A stretch of 64,000 nucleotides of DNA, taken from assembly GCA_051362555.1 (NCBI GenBank), contig CM120642.1, positions 21,080,001 through 21,144,000 of the forward strand, in the 5' to 3' direction. The position numbers and the translations under genes were made by a program. Each line of letters opens with the position of its first letter. Positions within the stretch are counted from its first letter, which is position 1. The notes beneath the pieces are model-generated. The model was not told the DNA's origin. It saw only the letters and a program-made list of their open reading frames with translations, and searched no databases. Source of the stretch: Lingula anatina. Its lineage: Eukaryota; Animalia; Brachiopoda. Positions 26,401 through 39,593 of this stretch are shown here, in pieces.

Positions 26401-27882
26401 CAATCATGCTGATTTTCAAACTTGACCTGCGTATTATGGATATTCATCAGTTCTGTAAGTTTCAAGCAAAAAGGTAAATTGGTTTTCCACTTATTGTGTT
26501 ATCAGTGCTACATATATGCTGAAAAAAGTGAAAAAACAGCATAAATTCCCTAACAATGATCCAATCATGCCGATTTTCAAACTTGACCTGCGTATTATGA
26601 ATATTCATCAGTTCTGTAAGTTTCAAGCCAAAAGGTAAAATGGTTTTCCACTTATCGTGTTATCGGTGCTGCATATATGCTGAAAAAAGTGAAAAAACAG
26701 CATAAATTCCCTAAAAATGACCCAATCATGCCGATTTTTGAACTTAACCTGCGTATTATGAATATTCATCAGTTCTGTAAGTTTCAAGGCAAAAGGTAAA
26801 ATGGTTTTTCACTTATCGTGTTATCGGTGCTGCATATATGCTGAAAAAAGTGAAAAAACAGCATAAATTCCCTAAAAATGACCCAATCATGCCGATTTTC
26901 AAACTTGACCTGTGTATTATGAATATTCATCAGTTCTGTAAGTTTCAAGGCAAAAGGTAAAATGGTTTTCCACTTATCGTGTTATCGGTCCTGCATATAT
27001 GCTGAAAAAAGTGAAAAAACAGCATAAATTCCCCAAAAGTGACCCGATCATGCTGATTTTCGAACTTGACCTGCGTATTATGAATATTCATCAGTTCTGT
27101 AAGTTTCAAGCCAAAAGCAAAAACGGTTTTCCACTTATCGTGTTATCGGTAAAAGTGCACGACGGCGACGACGGCCCCGACGGCGACGACGACAGACGCA
27201 GATGATGGCTATATGTACAGACACATCTGTGTCTGTACATAAAAAAGCATAACTTCCCTAAAAATGACCCGATCATGCTGATTTTCAAACTTGACCGGCA
27301 TATTATGAATATTCATCAGTTCTGTAAGTTTCAAGCCAAAAAGTAAAACGGTTTTCCACTTATCATGTTAACGGTGTTGCATATATGCTGAAACAAGGCA
27401 GCAAAGCTGTCAAATGTACAGACAAAAACCAGAAAATAAAAATGCAGGAAATAGGATACTGTCAATTCTGATGAACTAATGTATTATGCTTACTGTAACT
27501 GCATAGCCAACATCAAATTCTTATTCTGCATAACATTGGATAAGGATGAAAGTAAAATGTGTATCAAGCATTATACTAAGTTCCCATACCTAGATCAATC
27601 TAACAGGATCAATCCAACTCCAAGGGGTTTCTCACTAAATTGCTTTCAGTTTGAGAGTCTTAGGATTCTGGCATGCCAGTTTCAGTAGGCGTGACAGACA
27701 ACTAAGCCACTTACATTGATTGCAATTTAGCGAGAATTCCCATGGAGATAGATCGATCCACAGTTAGCGTGATAGGGTCTGGAAATAGTCCCTAAGGTGT
27801 CAGGCTGATAAGAGTTAAACTTTGGAAATGCCAGAATGAGGTACAGTGAAAATTACACACAAAAAAAAAATTGCTTAAACTC

Positions 27883-27957
<75 letters not shown>

Positions 27958-30900
27958 AATTTTTTTTTTTTTTTTGGCTGTGTGTCAATCCTAAGAATCA
28001 TTCTTGTAACTTAACAAAATACAGAAAATGTTACAAAGTAAGAGTACAGGGCTCCTGGCAGATGGGAGTGATAAGTCACAACTTGAAAATGCCAGTAAAG
28101 CACTCTATAAACCTGCATTGCCTCCAAAACAGAAAACAATCACACTGGTTTTCAAACACAAGCTGCGCACTTCTGTCTTATGAAACTTTTCACTTTCAGT
28201 ATCGTAAGTAACATGGTTTTCCCTTAATCGCTATCCTGGCAGCAGTGTCCAAAATAGGGTTTTCTTCAACTTTCATGCAATAAAACATAATACTTAACAG
28301 CATAATGACCATCAAATTTTTTATAAAAAAATAAAAGTATCATGAATATTCAGAAAATGTGATTTGGGAAGGTCTTCAAGGCCATGGAAGTTCAGAGTCA
28401 CACTTTCAAAATGCCAAAATGTAAACAAGAGATAACTGTACTGAAATGATTTTCTTTCCATTTTCAACACCTTTTTTTAAAACAAAGTGATCAATAAACT
28501 GTCATTTTTAAATGTTCAACTAGGAAAATTGTTGACATAGGAAAAATATCAATAGAACAATTTTCAATGTCCAATTTGCTCCATTTGCAGATGCTGAACA
28601 TAGTGAATGATTAAATCTGACAAACTGCAATGATGAGTTCCTTTCCATTTATGATACTTTATTACACAATGCACAATATTATAACAGGTTTACCGTCATT
28701 TTTATATAATCAACAAACAATATTGTTAAGAAGCAGAAAATGTCAAAACAACACTTTTACATATCTTATTAGTTCCATAATGAGACTGTTAACATGCCTA
28801 AGAATTAAATCTGAAGAAATAACAATTATATACAAAAATACAGAAAATGCACAGCACTTCTGGTGGATGGGAGTATAAAATCACATCTTGAAGATGCTAG
28901 TGTTTGAAAAATAATTTTAAAAAATTTTTAAATAAAACGTAAAAAATTCCAATAAAGCTGCTATTCAAACTTTTAATCTAGCTGTATTAACTTGATATTA
29001 ATAACCCCACCAAGTTTGAGAAAAATAAAGCACTGTTATGCATCTATAGCATGTTGGCATAACACATTCTTTTTGTTGTAAATTATTTGCAATGTTAAAC
29101 ACCATTTATCTGCACAATTATCACCAAATCCTAATTTTGTGACACAGCTAAACCTATGGGACTTTACAGGGAAATCTCAAGGAGTGTTTTATGTAATCTC
29201 ATTTAATGGCCAATTGAAAATTAATGAGAAGGCAAGTGACTTTATAGACCTTAATTTAATTAGTGATCACCCAAGGGACAATTTTAAAGACTGCTATCCA
29301 TACAGTACCGTCATATAGCACAAAGGTGTTGCATACATGCTGAAAAAAGTGAAAAAACAGCATTACTTCCCTAAAAATGACCCGATCATGCTGATTTTCA
29401 AACTTGACCTGCGTATTATGAATATTCATTAGTTCTGCAAGTTTCAAACCAAAAGGTTAAATGGTTTTCCACTTATCATGTTATCAGTGTTGCATATATG
29501 CTGAAAAAAGTGAAAAACAGCATAACTTCCCTAAAAATGACCCAATCATACTGATTTTCAAACTTGACCTGCATATTATAAATATTCATCAGTTCTGCAA
29601 GTTTCAAACCAAAAGGTTAAATGGTTTTCCACTTATCGTGTTATCGGTGCTGCATATATGCTGAAACAAGACAGCACTGTTCTGCAATGGGTTTACTTCC
29701 ATTTTTAAAACACTTTTTTAACATAAAACAAAATAAACAGTTTTCTACCATTTGTATATGATCAACTAAGAAAATTGATGAGATGGGAAAAATATCAATA
29801 GAACAGTGTTAAATGTCCAATTTCCTCCATTCTGAGATAATGAATATAGTAGATGATTGAATCTGACAAACTGCAATGATATTTGTTTATTTCCATTTTT
29901 GACACTTTATAACATAATACACAATAACAAGTTTACCATCATTTTTACATAATCAACTAACAATGTTATTAAGATGCAGGAAATGTCAAACAAACACTTT
30001 TACGTATCTTATTAGTTCAATAATGAGACTGTTAACATGCCTAACAATTGAATCTGAGGAAATAAGAAAAAACAGCATAACTTCTAAAAGAATGGCCCGA
30101 TTATGCTGATTTTTGAACTCAACCTGCGTTTTAGTTAGTTTGACTACTCCTGTGAGTATAATGACAATTGGCCTATCTATTTTTCTTATATTGTGTTATT
30201 AGCGTTGCATATATGTTGAAAGAAGTGAAAAAACAGCATAACTTCCCTAAAAATGGCCCGATCATGCTGATTTTCGAACTTGACCTGCGTATTATGAATA
30301 TTCATCAGTTCTGTAAGTTTCAAGCCAAAAGGTAAAATGATTTTCCACTTATCGTGTTATCGGTGCTGTATATATGCTGAAAAAAGAGAAAAAATAGCCT
30401 AAATTCACTAAAAATGACCCAATCACGCTGATTTTCGAACTTGACCTGTGTATTATGAATATTCATCAGTTCTGTAAGTTTCAAGCCAAAAGGTAAAATG
30501 GTTTTCCACTTATCGTGTTATCGGTGCTGCATATATGCTGAAAAAAGTGAAAAAAACAGCATAAATTCCCTATAAGTGACCCGATCATGCTGATTTTCGA
30601 ACTTGACCTGCGTATTATGAATATTCATCAGTTCTGTAAGTTTCAAGCCAAAAGAAAAAACAGTTTTCCACTTATCGTGTTATTGGTAAAAGTGCACGGC
30701 GACGACGGCGACGGCGACGACAGACGCAGATGATGGCTATATGTACAGACACATCTGTGTCTGTACATAAAAAGTGAAAAAAAAGCATTACTTCCCTAAA
30801 AATGGCCCGAACATGCTGATTTTCGAACTTGACCTGCGTATTATGAATATTCATCAGTTCTGTTAGTTTTAAGCCAAAAGGTAAAACAATATTCCACTTA

Positions 30901-33900
30901 TCGTGTTTACGGTGCTGCATGTATGCTGAAAAAAGTGAAAAAACAGCATAACTTCCCTAAAAATGGCCCGATCATGCTGATTTTCGAACTTGACCGGCGC
31001 ATTATGAATATTCATCAGTTCTGTAACTTTCAAGCCAAAAGGTAAAACATTTTTTCACTTATCGTGTTTACGGTGAAAGTGCACGCCAACGGCGACGACA
31101 GACGCAGATGATGGCAATATGTACAGACACATCTGTGTCTGTACATAATAAAACACTTTAACCAAACTTCAATGTCTTCATCTGACTGATAAATTTTAAA
31201 ACACAATTTACTTAAAACTGCCAAATCCCTTTAATATTCTACATAAATAAACCAGTGCCCAGTGGCTTGGAACCACTACCTCTAGGGTCAACTGGTCCAA
31301 GCAGACCAGTGCTGAAAAACTTCAATTTCCCTCCCTGCACTAGTACACTGTAAGCATTTGCTATATACAGTGACTCTTTGCTGAAAGAATAGTAACTTCT
31401 ATTGTTCACTTATAAAAAAATAAATGAGAATACATTGCCTTGATTCCTAAAATTATTATTGGCATATACCAAAATAATCTTCTCACATACCAGCAAAGCC
31501 AGATTATCTCAATCAAATGTGAAACTTATACAAATACATTAATATGGTAGACATTCAGACCTATCTTTCAGGCCCATTATCCTACAGTGTGTGTGTGACA
31601 ATTCATGTTTACACATTACCAATGACCTGAAACATAATTTATGTTGCAATACAAGAAATGATACTTATTTTGAGAAAATGACCTTTATAACTGAAAATAT
31701 CAACCAAATGGAAAAAAATCAGAAGTATGTAGGAAAATAGACTATAAATATTAGGCTGCAGAACAGTTATGCAAAATTTGAGAAAAATAAATGGTAAGGT
31801 TTCCAAGATATTGGTATACACATACATGCAGAACCCTAACAATAAATGGTGGATTTTGTTAGAGATTTTAGAAAATAAAATTCACATTAATACATCAAAG
31901 CCCTCAACTCTTACCTGAATATATGTTTGTACAGAAGAAAGTAAGACTGGAAGCACGGTGTGCTCTTGAATAGATGGCAGCCATATTGCCGGGTCCTCAA
32001 TGCTCTGAATAAGCTCATCCAACAAGGTGACACATACTGTCAGAATCTGGGAACACAAGTGAGTTCAAATATAGCCATTTTCATTAATTTTAAAACTGGA
32101 TTAAGTGTGCAATTATACCAGACAGCAAACAAAAGAGTGAAAAGCTTTAGTTGTTTACAAACAAACAATTTGCTGAAGAGGTGGTTAGGCATACAGCTAA
32201 AATAGGAATTCCTTTGAAAGTCACGTAGCTGTGGCCTAGGCCTCTCAAGGCCTTATCTTGTAGCTTCGCCATCCGCCCCCTTTCTGGACAATAGAAGGGG
32301 AGGATCACAAACACAACAGAAGGGGAAGGACAGCAAACAATGGATGCCTAATCAGAAGCAATGCTTGCAGTTACTGAATATGTACTAAAGTTTCAAACAA
32401 GCTACATCTGGACAAATGGATTTTCCATTGATCTGTCCTACTTACGGAGATGCAAAAGTGATGCCTGCCGTCTCTTGTGGAAACAACAGACATGTTCAGT
32501 CAGGTGGATAATCTAAGAAACTAGAGAACTGCCCTATAATTTTGAACAGTTGGGATTCTCAGCATAACAGTGTAGCTGTAGTTGACTGTTAAGGGGCTAC
32601 CTATTTTAGCTGTATACTGGTACTTAGAGGATAATTACATGGACCTTCTTTACGAGTCTCTTTTCTTGTATACGTGCAAGGTTTCTGCTGTGTATACATA
32701 TATGTTATACCTTGAGCAGCAACTCCACATCTTTACTGCAAACATTTGCTTTCCTTGCAGGTGGAAGTTGGTAGGTCACTTTCTGTAGCAGTGTGCACAC
32801 AACTGGACACAGACTCTTCAGGCTCAACACATCTGTATGGAACAGTACAGTACATGGTAAACATATCAGGAAAGAAGACAAGGCAGCAAAGCTGTCAAAT
32901 GTACAGACAAAAAGCAGGAAATAACTATGCACAAAATAGGCTACTGTCAATTCTGATGCAAAAGTACATTATGTTAAACTACAAATTCAACATCAAATTT
33001 TAATTATGCTCAATAGGTAATACCAATGTAAGTAAAATGTGTAACAAGCATAAGGCTTCAGGCCCATGGGAGTTCAAGTTCGCACTTTGAAAATGTATAA
33101 CTTCCAGAAAAAGAAGCCAATTAGACTGTTTTTTCAACTCAGGCTGCATTTTTAGTCCTGTATTTCTTTTTTTGAAAGTTTGGCAATCATAAGTAACATG
33201 GTTTTCCCATAATGGTCATCATGGCAGCAGCACCCACAATTGTGTTTTCTTCTATTCTGATGCAATATTACATAATGGTTAACAGCATAATGACCGTCAA
33301 TTTTTAATAATAAAATATACGTATCATGTATTTTCAGAAAATGTGACTAGCATGGGTATTCAAGCCTGTGGAACTTCAAAGTTACACCTTGAAAATGCCA
33401 ATATGTGAAAAATTAAAGTTTCACAAAAAAACTGTTTAACTGGCAGTAAGAATTACCAAACAGATTGCATTGCCTACTGAAGCTGTATTTTAGTCCCAGG
33501 TTTCTTTCCTGTAAGTTTGAGAACAGTAAGTGACATGGTTTTTCTGAAATGGTCATCATGGGAGCAGTGCCCAAAATATGTTTTTTTCAAATTTTGATGC
33601 AATATTACATATGTTTAACAGCATAATGACCATCAACTTTTATTAATAAAATATTAGTATTATGGATATTCAGATAATGTGATTAGCAAAGGTCTTCAGG
33701 CCCATGGAACTTCAAAGTCAAAACTTGAAAATGCCAAAATGTAAACAAGACAGCACTGTTCTGAAATGTTTTTTCCCCATTTTTAACAATTTTTAACATA
33801 AAACAAAATTAACAGTTTACTGCCATTTTTATATGATCAACTAAGAAAATTGATGAGATGGGAATAATGTCAATAGAGCAGTGTTAAATGTCCAATTTCT

Positions 33901-36900
33901 TCCATTCTGAGTTTCTGAACATAGTGAATGATTGAATCTGACAAACTGCAATGATATGAGTTTATTTCCATTTTTGACACTTTATTACACAAGACACGAT
34001 AACAAGTTTACCATAATTTTTACATAATCAACTAACAATATTGTAAAGATGCAGGAAATGTCAAACAAACACTTTTACGTATCTTATTAGTTCAATAATG
34101 AGACTGTTAACATGCCTAAGAATTGAATCTCAGGAAATGTGAAAAAACAGCATAACTTCTAAAATAATGGCCCGATTATGCTGATTTTCGAACTCAACCT
34201 GCATTTTAGTAAGATTGACCACTCCTGTGAGTATAATGACAATTGGCCTATCTGTTTTTCTTATATTGTGTTTACAGTGTTGCATATAAGCTGAAAAATA
34301 TGTGAAAAATTAAATTTTCACAAAAAACTTTAATTGCCAGAAAATTTACCAAACAGACTGCATTGCCTACTGAAGCTGTATTTTAGTCCCATGTTTCTTT
34401 CCTGTAAGTTTGAAAACAGTAAGTGACATGGTTTTTCTGAAATGGTCATCATGGGAGCAGTGCCCAAAATAGGGGTTTCTTCAAATTTTGATGCAACATT
34501 ACATAATGTTTAACAGCATAATGACCATCAATTTTTAATAATAAAATATTAGTAACATGGACTTTCAGAAAACATGACCAGCAAAGGTCTTCAGGCCAAT
34601 GGAACTTCAAAGTCACACCTTGAAAATGCCAAAATGTAAACAAGACAGCACTGTTCTGACATGGGTTTATTTCCATTTTTAATACTTTTTTAACATAAAA
34701 CAAAATAAACAGTTTACTGCAATTTTTATATGATCAACTAAGAAAATTGATGAGATGGGAAAAATATCAATAGAACAGTGTTAAATGTCCAATTTCCTCC
34801 ATTCTGAGATTCTGAACATAGTGGATGATTGAATCTGACAAAATGCAATGATATGAGTTTGATTCCATTTTTGACACTTTATTACACAATACACGATAAC
34901 AAGTTTACCATAATTTTTACATAATCAACTAACAATGTTGTAAAGATGCAGGAAATGTCAAACAAACACTTTTATGTATCTAATTAGTTAAATAATAAGG
35001 CTATTAACATGCCTAAGAACTGAATCTCAGGAAATGTGAAAAAACAGCATAACTTCTAAAATAATGGCCTGATTATGCTGATTTTCAAACTCAACCTGCG
35101 TTTTTAGTAAGATTGACCACTCCTGTGAGTTTAATGACAATTGGCCTATCTGTTTTTCCTATATTGTGTTTACAGTGTTGCATATATGCTGAAAAATGAA
35201 AAAATCAGCATAACTACTAAAATAGTGGCCCGATCATGCCGATTTTCGAACTTGTCCTGCGTTTTAGTAAGATTGATTACTCCTGTGAGTTTCATGACAA
35301 CAGGCTTAACAGTTTTCCTTTAAATGTGTTTACAGGGTTGTATATATGCTGAAAAGTGAAAAAACAGCATAACTTCTACTATAATGGCCCGATCATGCTG
35401 ATTTTCAAACTTGACCTGCGTTTTATGAATATTCATCAGCTCTGTAAATATAAAAGCAAAAAATAAAACTGTGTTCCACTTATCGTGTTTACAAGGAAAG
35501 TGCACGGCATCGGCATCGGCATCGCCATCGGCGACGACGGCGACGACAGACGCAGGTGATGGCAATATGTACAGACACATCTGTGTCTGTACATAAAAAA
35601 AAGCAAAATGGAGGTAGTGGCCTGCTTATTCATGTAACTTACAATAGCAACAATGAATTTTGGAACATTAACAAAATACTTTAAAATCCTTGAATGCATG
35701 AACTTTCAAGGGTTTGAAGCACTAAAGTAATCAAATAAAATAGAAAGGCCATAGGAGGTTACTAGCCTTATGTCACAGAGGTAAAACTAAGTGATAGTAT
35801 AAAGTGAAAATTAAATAATAAAGTGAAAACTATAAACGAGTATTTAAAATGAAAAGTGCTTCTTGACTTACCTTGCTTTGCTGTTAATTTTATTTGCTGT
35901 GTGGCCAGAGTCAGGGCTCCAAGCAGACCTAGCTGTATAGATGGCAGTAAGACCTCACTACTGGCACAAGAAAGCCTCAGAGCAACCTCAAGTTGATATA
36001 CTCTATCTGTCCATGGCTTTAAGATACTGGAATATCATTGAATGACAAAGTTTACACTCTATCTGACCATGGCTTTAGGATACTGGAATATCATTGAGGA
36101 ATATCACTGAATGACAAAGTTTATTATCATTTACTGATATAAATGACTTTCCTGGCTGGCTGAGAGAACTATTTAATAGCTTGGTTGCAATGCTTGTGAT
36201 AGTAACAAGTTGGAAACTGTATCTATGCCATATTCATCATCAGTCCTATGTATTTGAAGACAATCAGACGAATGGTTTTCCATGAAATGTGGTCTCTGTA
36301 TTGCATGTATTAACAAATCTGCTGGGGAAAAAATCGGAAAAAAATTGTCCTATCAAGCTGATTTTCCAACTTGACCCTTTGTATTTTATTAATATTCATC
36401 AGTTCAGTAAGTTTGAACACAAAAGTTCAAACTGTTTTCCACTTATCCTGTTATCTCTGAAAGTGCACAGCAGCAGCCATGACAGATGCTGGTGTAGGCT
36501 ACATTTGTGTCTGTACATAAAAATGGTAGAGGCTCTGAATGCATGGTTCTTACCCAGCCCAAGTGTGGAGCAGAGTCATGGAAGTGGCAGACAAAATTGA
36601 ACACACCTTCACCTGGTGGGTGTCTGTAACATCTGCAAGCTGAAACAGAAATAAAATAATGCACATTTATAACTGAACACAGGCCAATTGTTCGACATAA
36701 TCATTCATGCCATCTGATGTACACACCCAAAACAAGAAATCTAGAATGTGTGGGCCCTCTCTTCAAATATCTCTCTGCTGAAGGAGTTGGCATACAGGCT
36801 TAATACAATTGCAGGCCTGTCGCCAGCAATTTCAGGGTGATTCTTTTTCTGAAAAGTGGACCTTTTACAATGGAACCTTTGTACCTAGATCAAATTTTAC

Positions 36901-39520
36901 CCAGAATGGACCTTTTCCTAACAAAAAGGGTGGTTCTTTCGAACCCCCGAATCCCCCCCCTGTCTCCGGCCTGAGGTGCAAACATACAAAGGATGGTAAG
37001 TAGATTTTGGCAAGTTGTAAAGTTTCTTCAGTTTATTTCAGCAAAGGGATAGTTTTTTTTTTTTGTCAATAGCAGCAGATGTAAACTGTGCTTTAATAAG
37101 CAGTTAACATTACAATCAGAAATCATCAGTGAATAGGGCTGTGAGATGTGTGCTTACCATTGTGCTCAGTTAGCCTGCAGCTTTTGCACATGTATATCAG
37201 TATAATTGAAAGGGGTACATGTAGGAGGGAGATTCACCTTTTCTTTTTTTTTAAAGAACCCCTACCTGTGCCTGTAGTTCTGTCAGTAGATCACTGAGTA
37301 TGGTAGACTTTGCTTCAACTGTTAAACCCAAAACTTCTCTCTGAAATGAGATTGATGAGGTTACTAATGCTAGAGAATAAATTTGGTCATGTTAATTCTG
37401 TTCTTTGCTATGATCAATTTAATTTGATCTACAATGTAAATGACACCAGTCAGTCCAGTGCAGGCTATATGTATGCACAGACACTGCATAACTAAAGTTT
37501 ACGAAGGATCCTCTCTAAGTGCAATTATTGGATCATTAAATTATTTGGAGTGCTACTCATTCAGATCCTGAAAAACTAAAACCAATCTAATCTTATCCAG
37601 GTCTTATAAACGAATAAGGTGTTTACTAGCACTACCCGCAGATCTTTTAGCAGTAACCCATATTAAGCACAAACCCATGTCGAAATAATCAACATACCAT
37701 ACAATTATTTAGCACCAACAAAGCAATACCTAGCACTAACATTCATACGTTCTAATACTGCTGGTTAACTTGTGGGTTATGTGGTTAACATGGGTGTTAG
37801 ATCTGCAGGTAGTGTTAGTAAACACCTAATCTGTGAATAAGGCCTGTTTTCACAGCTTAAGATTGATGAAACATAATACAAGCTGGGCAAAATGAAAAGT
37901 CCAGAAGGAAGATGAAACAAGGACAAACTGAACTAGACTGAAAGTCCAGTATTAGATTCAAAAACTTTATTTATGTAAAATACAAATGGGCATCTTAAGA
38001 TTACATATTTTTATTTGACACAGATTGAAACAATGCTAAGTTGCATGGTTAAATTAATATAACAAAAATGCTTTTTTATTTGAATACTAGTTTTCAGCAG
38101 AACTCGAATATATTATTGTGATTGGCAAAGAAGTTTCTCTTAAATCAAGAAGGGATACCAAGTGGGCCATGTACCTTAGAACTGCCTGCCACCCCCAGCA
38201 CCATGTTCCATGCAGTCAGCAGCTGTATGATGGGGTCATCTGACATATCTTCTAGGCTGTGCCTGCAGGGCTTTCTAAGTAGTCTTCTTATATACTGTTA
38301 TAAATGCAATAAATACTGTTATAATTATAATAATAGTAATAAAATGTGATATAATAAAGAGGTGCCTCCTGGGTATTTACCACTATCTAGCTACATGTAG
38401 TTCAACACATCAAAAGGAAAATACTACACATGTATCCCACTTAGATTGAATGTTCTTCATTGTTTAGATTTGGTCTGTATAAATAAGAATGAAGACCGTT
38501 TTCCCAATACAACATTTGCATCACTTCTGCTTGGTAACACAAACTAACATAAGGTGTAGCTTATAAAGCAGCAGTTTTGTTTACTAAGGGCTAGAGAAAA
38601 CGTAACATTATTAGTGATAAAGTCTAAACGCCATGATTGTAAGAAGTATGCATGAACAGCAACCATTAGCCATTGACATTTTTCTGACACAAGCTCAGAT
38701 AAAAGAAAAAAATCATAAAAATAACACTTTTACCCTCAAAACCACTGATATTCATGACCTCATTAGTAAAATGACCAAACATCAACTGAAGCTAAATAGA
38801 GTCCACGAACATAATATGATAATATAGTAACAACAAAAAATAAAGTAAATATTCTTCAATCAATAGCTTATACTGAAATTGTTTACCTCCGATATTTCAA
38901 TGTCTGTCAAAAGCATCTTCATCAGGGAATGAGGCTAAGTAGGTGAATAGCCTCTATTCAGATTCAGAAATATTGGAAGTAAACAATTTCAAAACTAAGC
39001 TATCAACTGAAGGAAAGTTTTAAAACAACATAGCTGATGGAATATTTCTCTGAATTACAACAACCCGTATTATACACAAGTGATTTTCATGCTGATTTTG
39101 GCTTGGGGTTTATGTGTTCGACTTGTAAAACTGCATGTATTAAGAACAAGGCAGCAAAGCTGTCAAATGTACAGACAAAAAGAAGGAAAAAAAACAAAAA
39201 ATACAGAAATGTCAGAGTCTCAGGCAGATGAGAGTTAAAAGTCACAAATGCAAGTGTTTGAGAAAAAATTATAAAGGAAAACATAACAAAACTAGAAAAG
39301 CACTCCGAGAGTGCAGACCTCTGCCAAGGTAGCAATTGTTGATTATTATTAATTTTTGTCCTCTTTGGCCCACTGCTGACAGTTCCTGAAAATTTCAGCA
39401 AAATCGGTCCATAACTTTTTGAGTTATGTTGATGACAAACAGGGGTGAAAATATAACCTCCTTGGCAGAGGTAAATATAATTCCAATGAAGCTGCTATTC
39501 AAACTTTTAATCTTTCAGTT

Positions 39521-39593
<73 letters not shown>

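Larger units (their letters stand above)
27392..30770 (-). mobile_element. HINE family A copy 4, nested in copy 2
   Basis: Both termini present; flanks ...ATATATGCTGA| and |AAAGTGAAAAAAAGCATT rejoin into the next monomer. Confidence 0.8.
19525..31148 (-). mobile_element. HINE family A copy 2 (host; ~11.6 kb including nested insertions)
   Basis: 3' end AACAAGGCAGCAAAGCTGTCAAATGTACAGACA at 19525; 5' hairpin at 31117-31147; array interrupted by copies 3 and 4. Confidence 0.78.
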
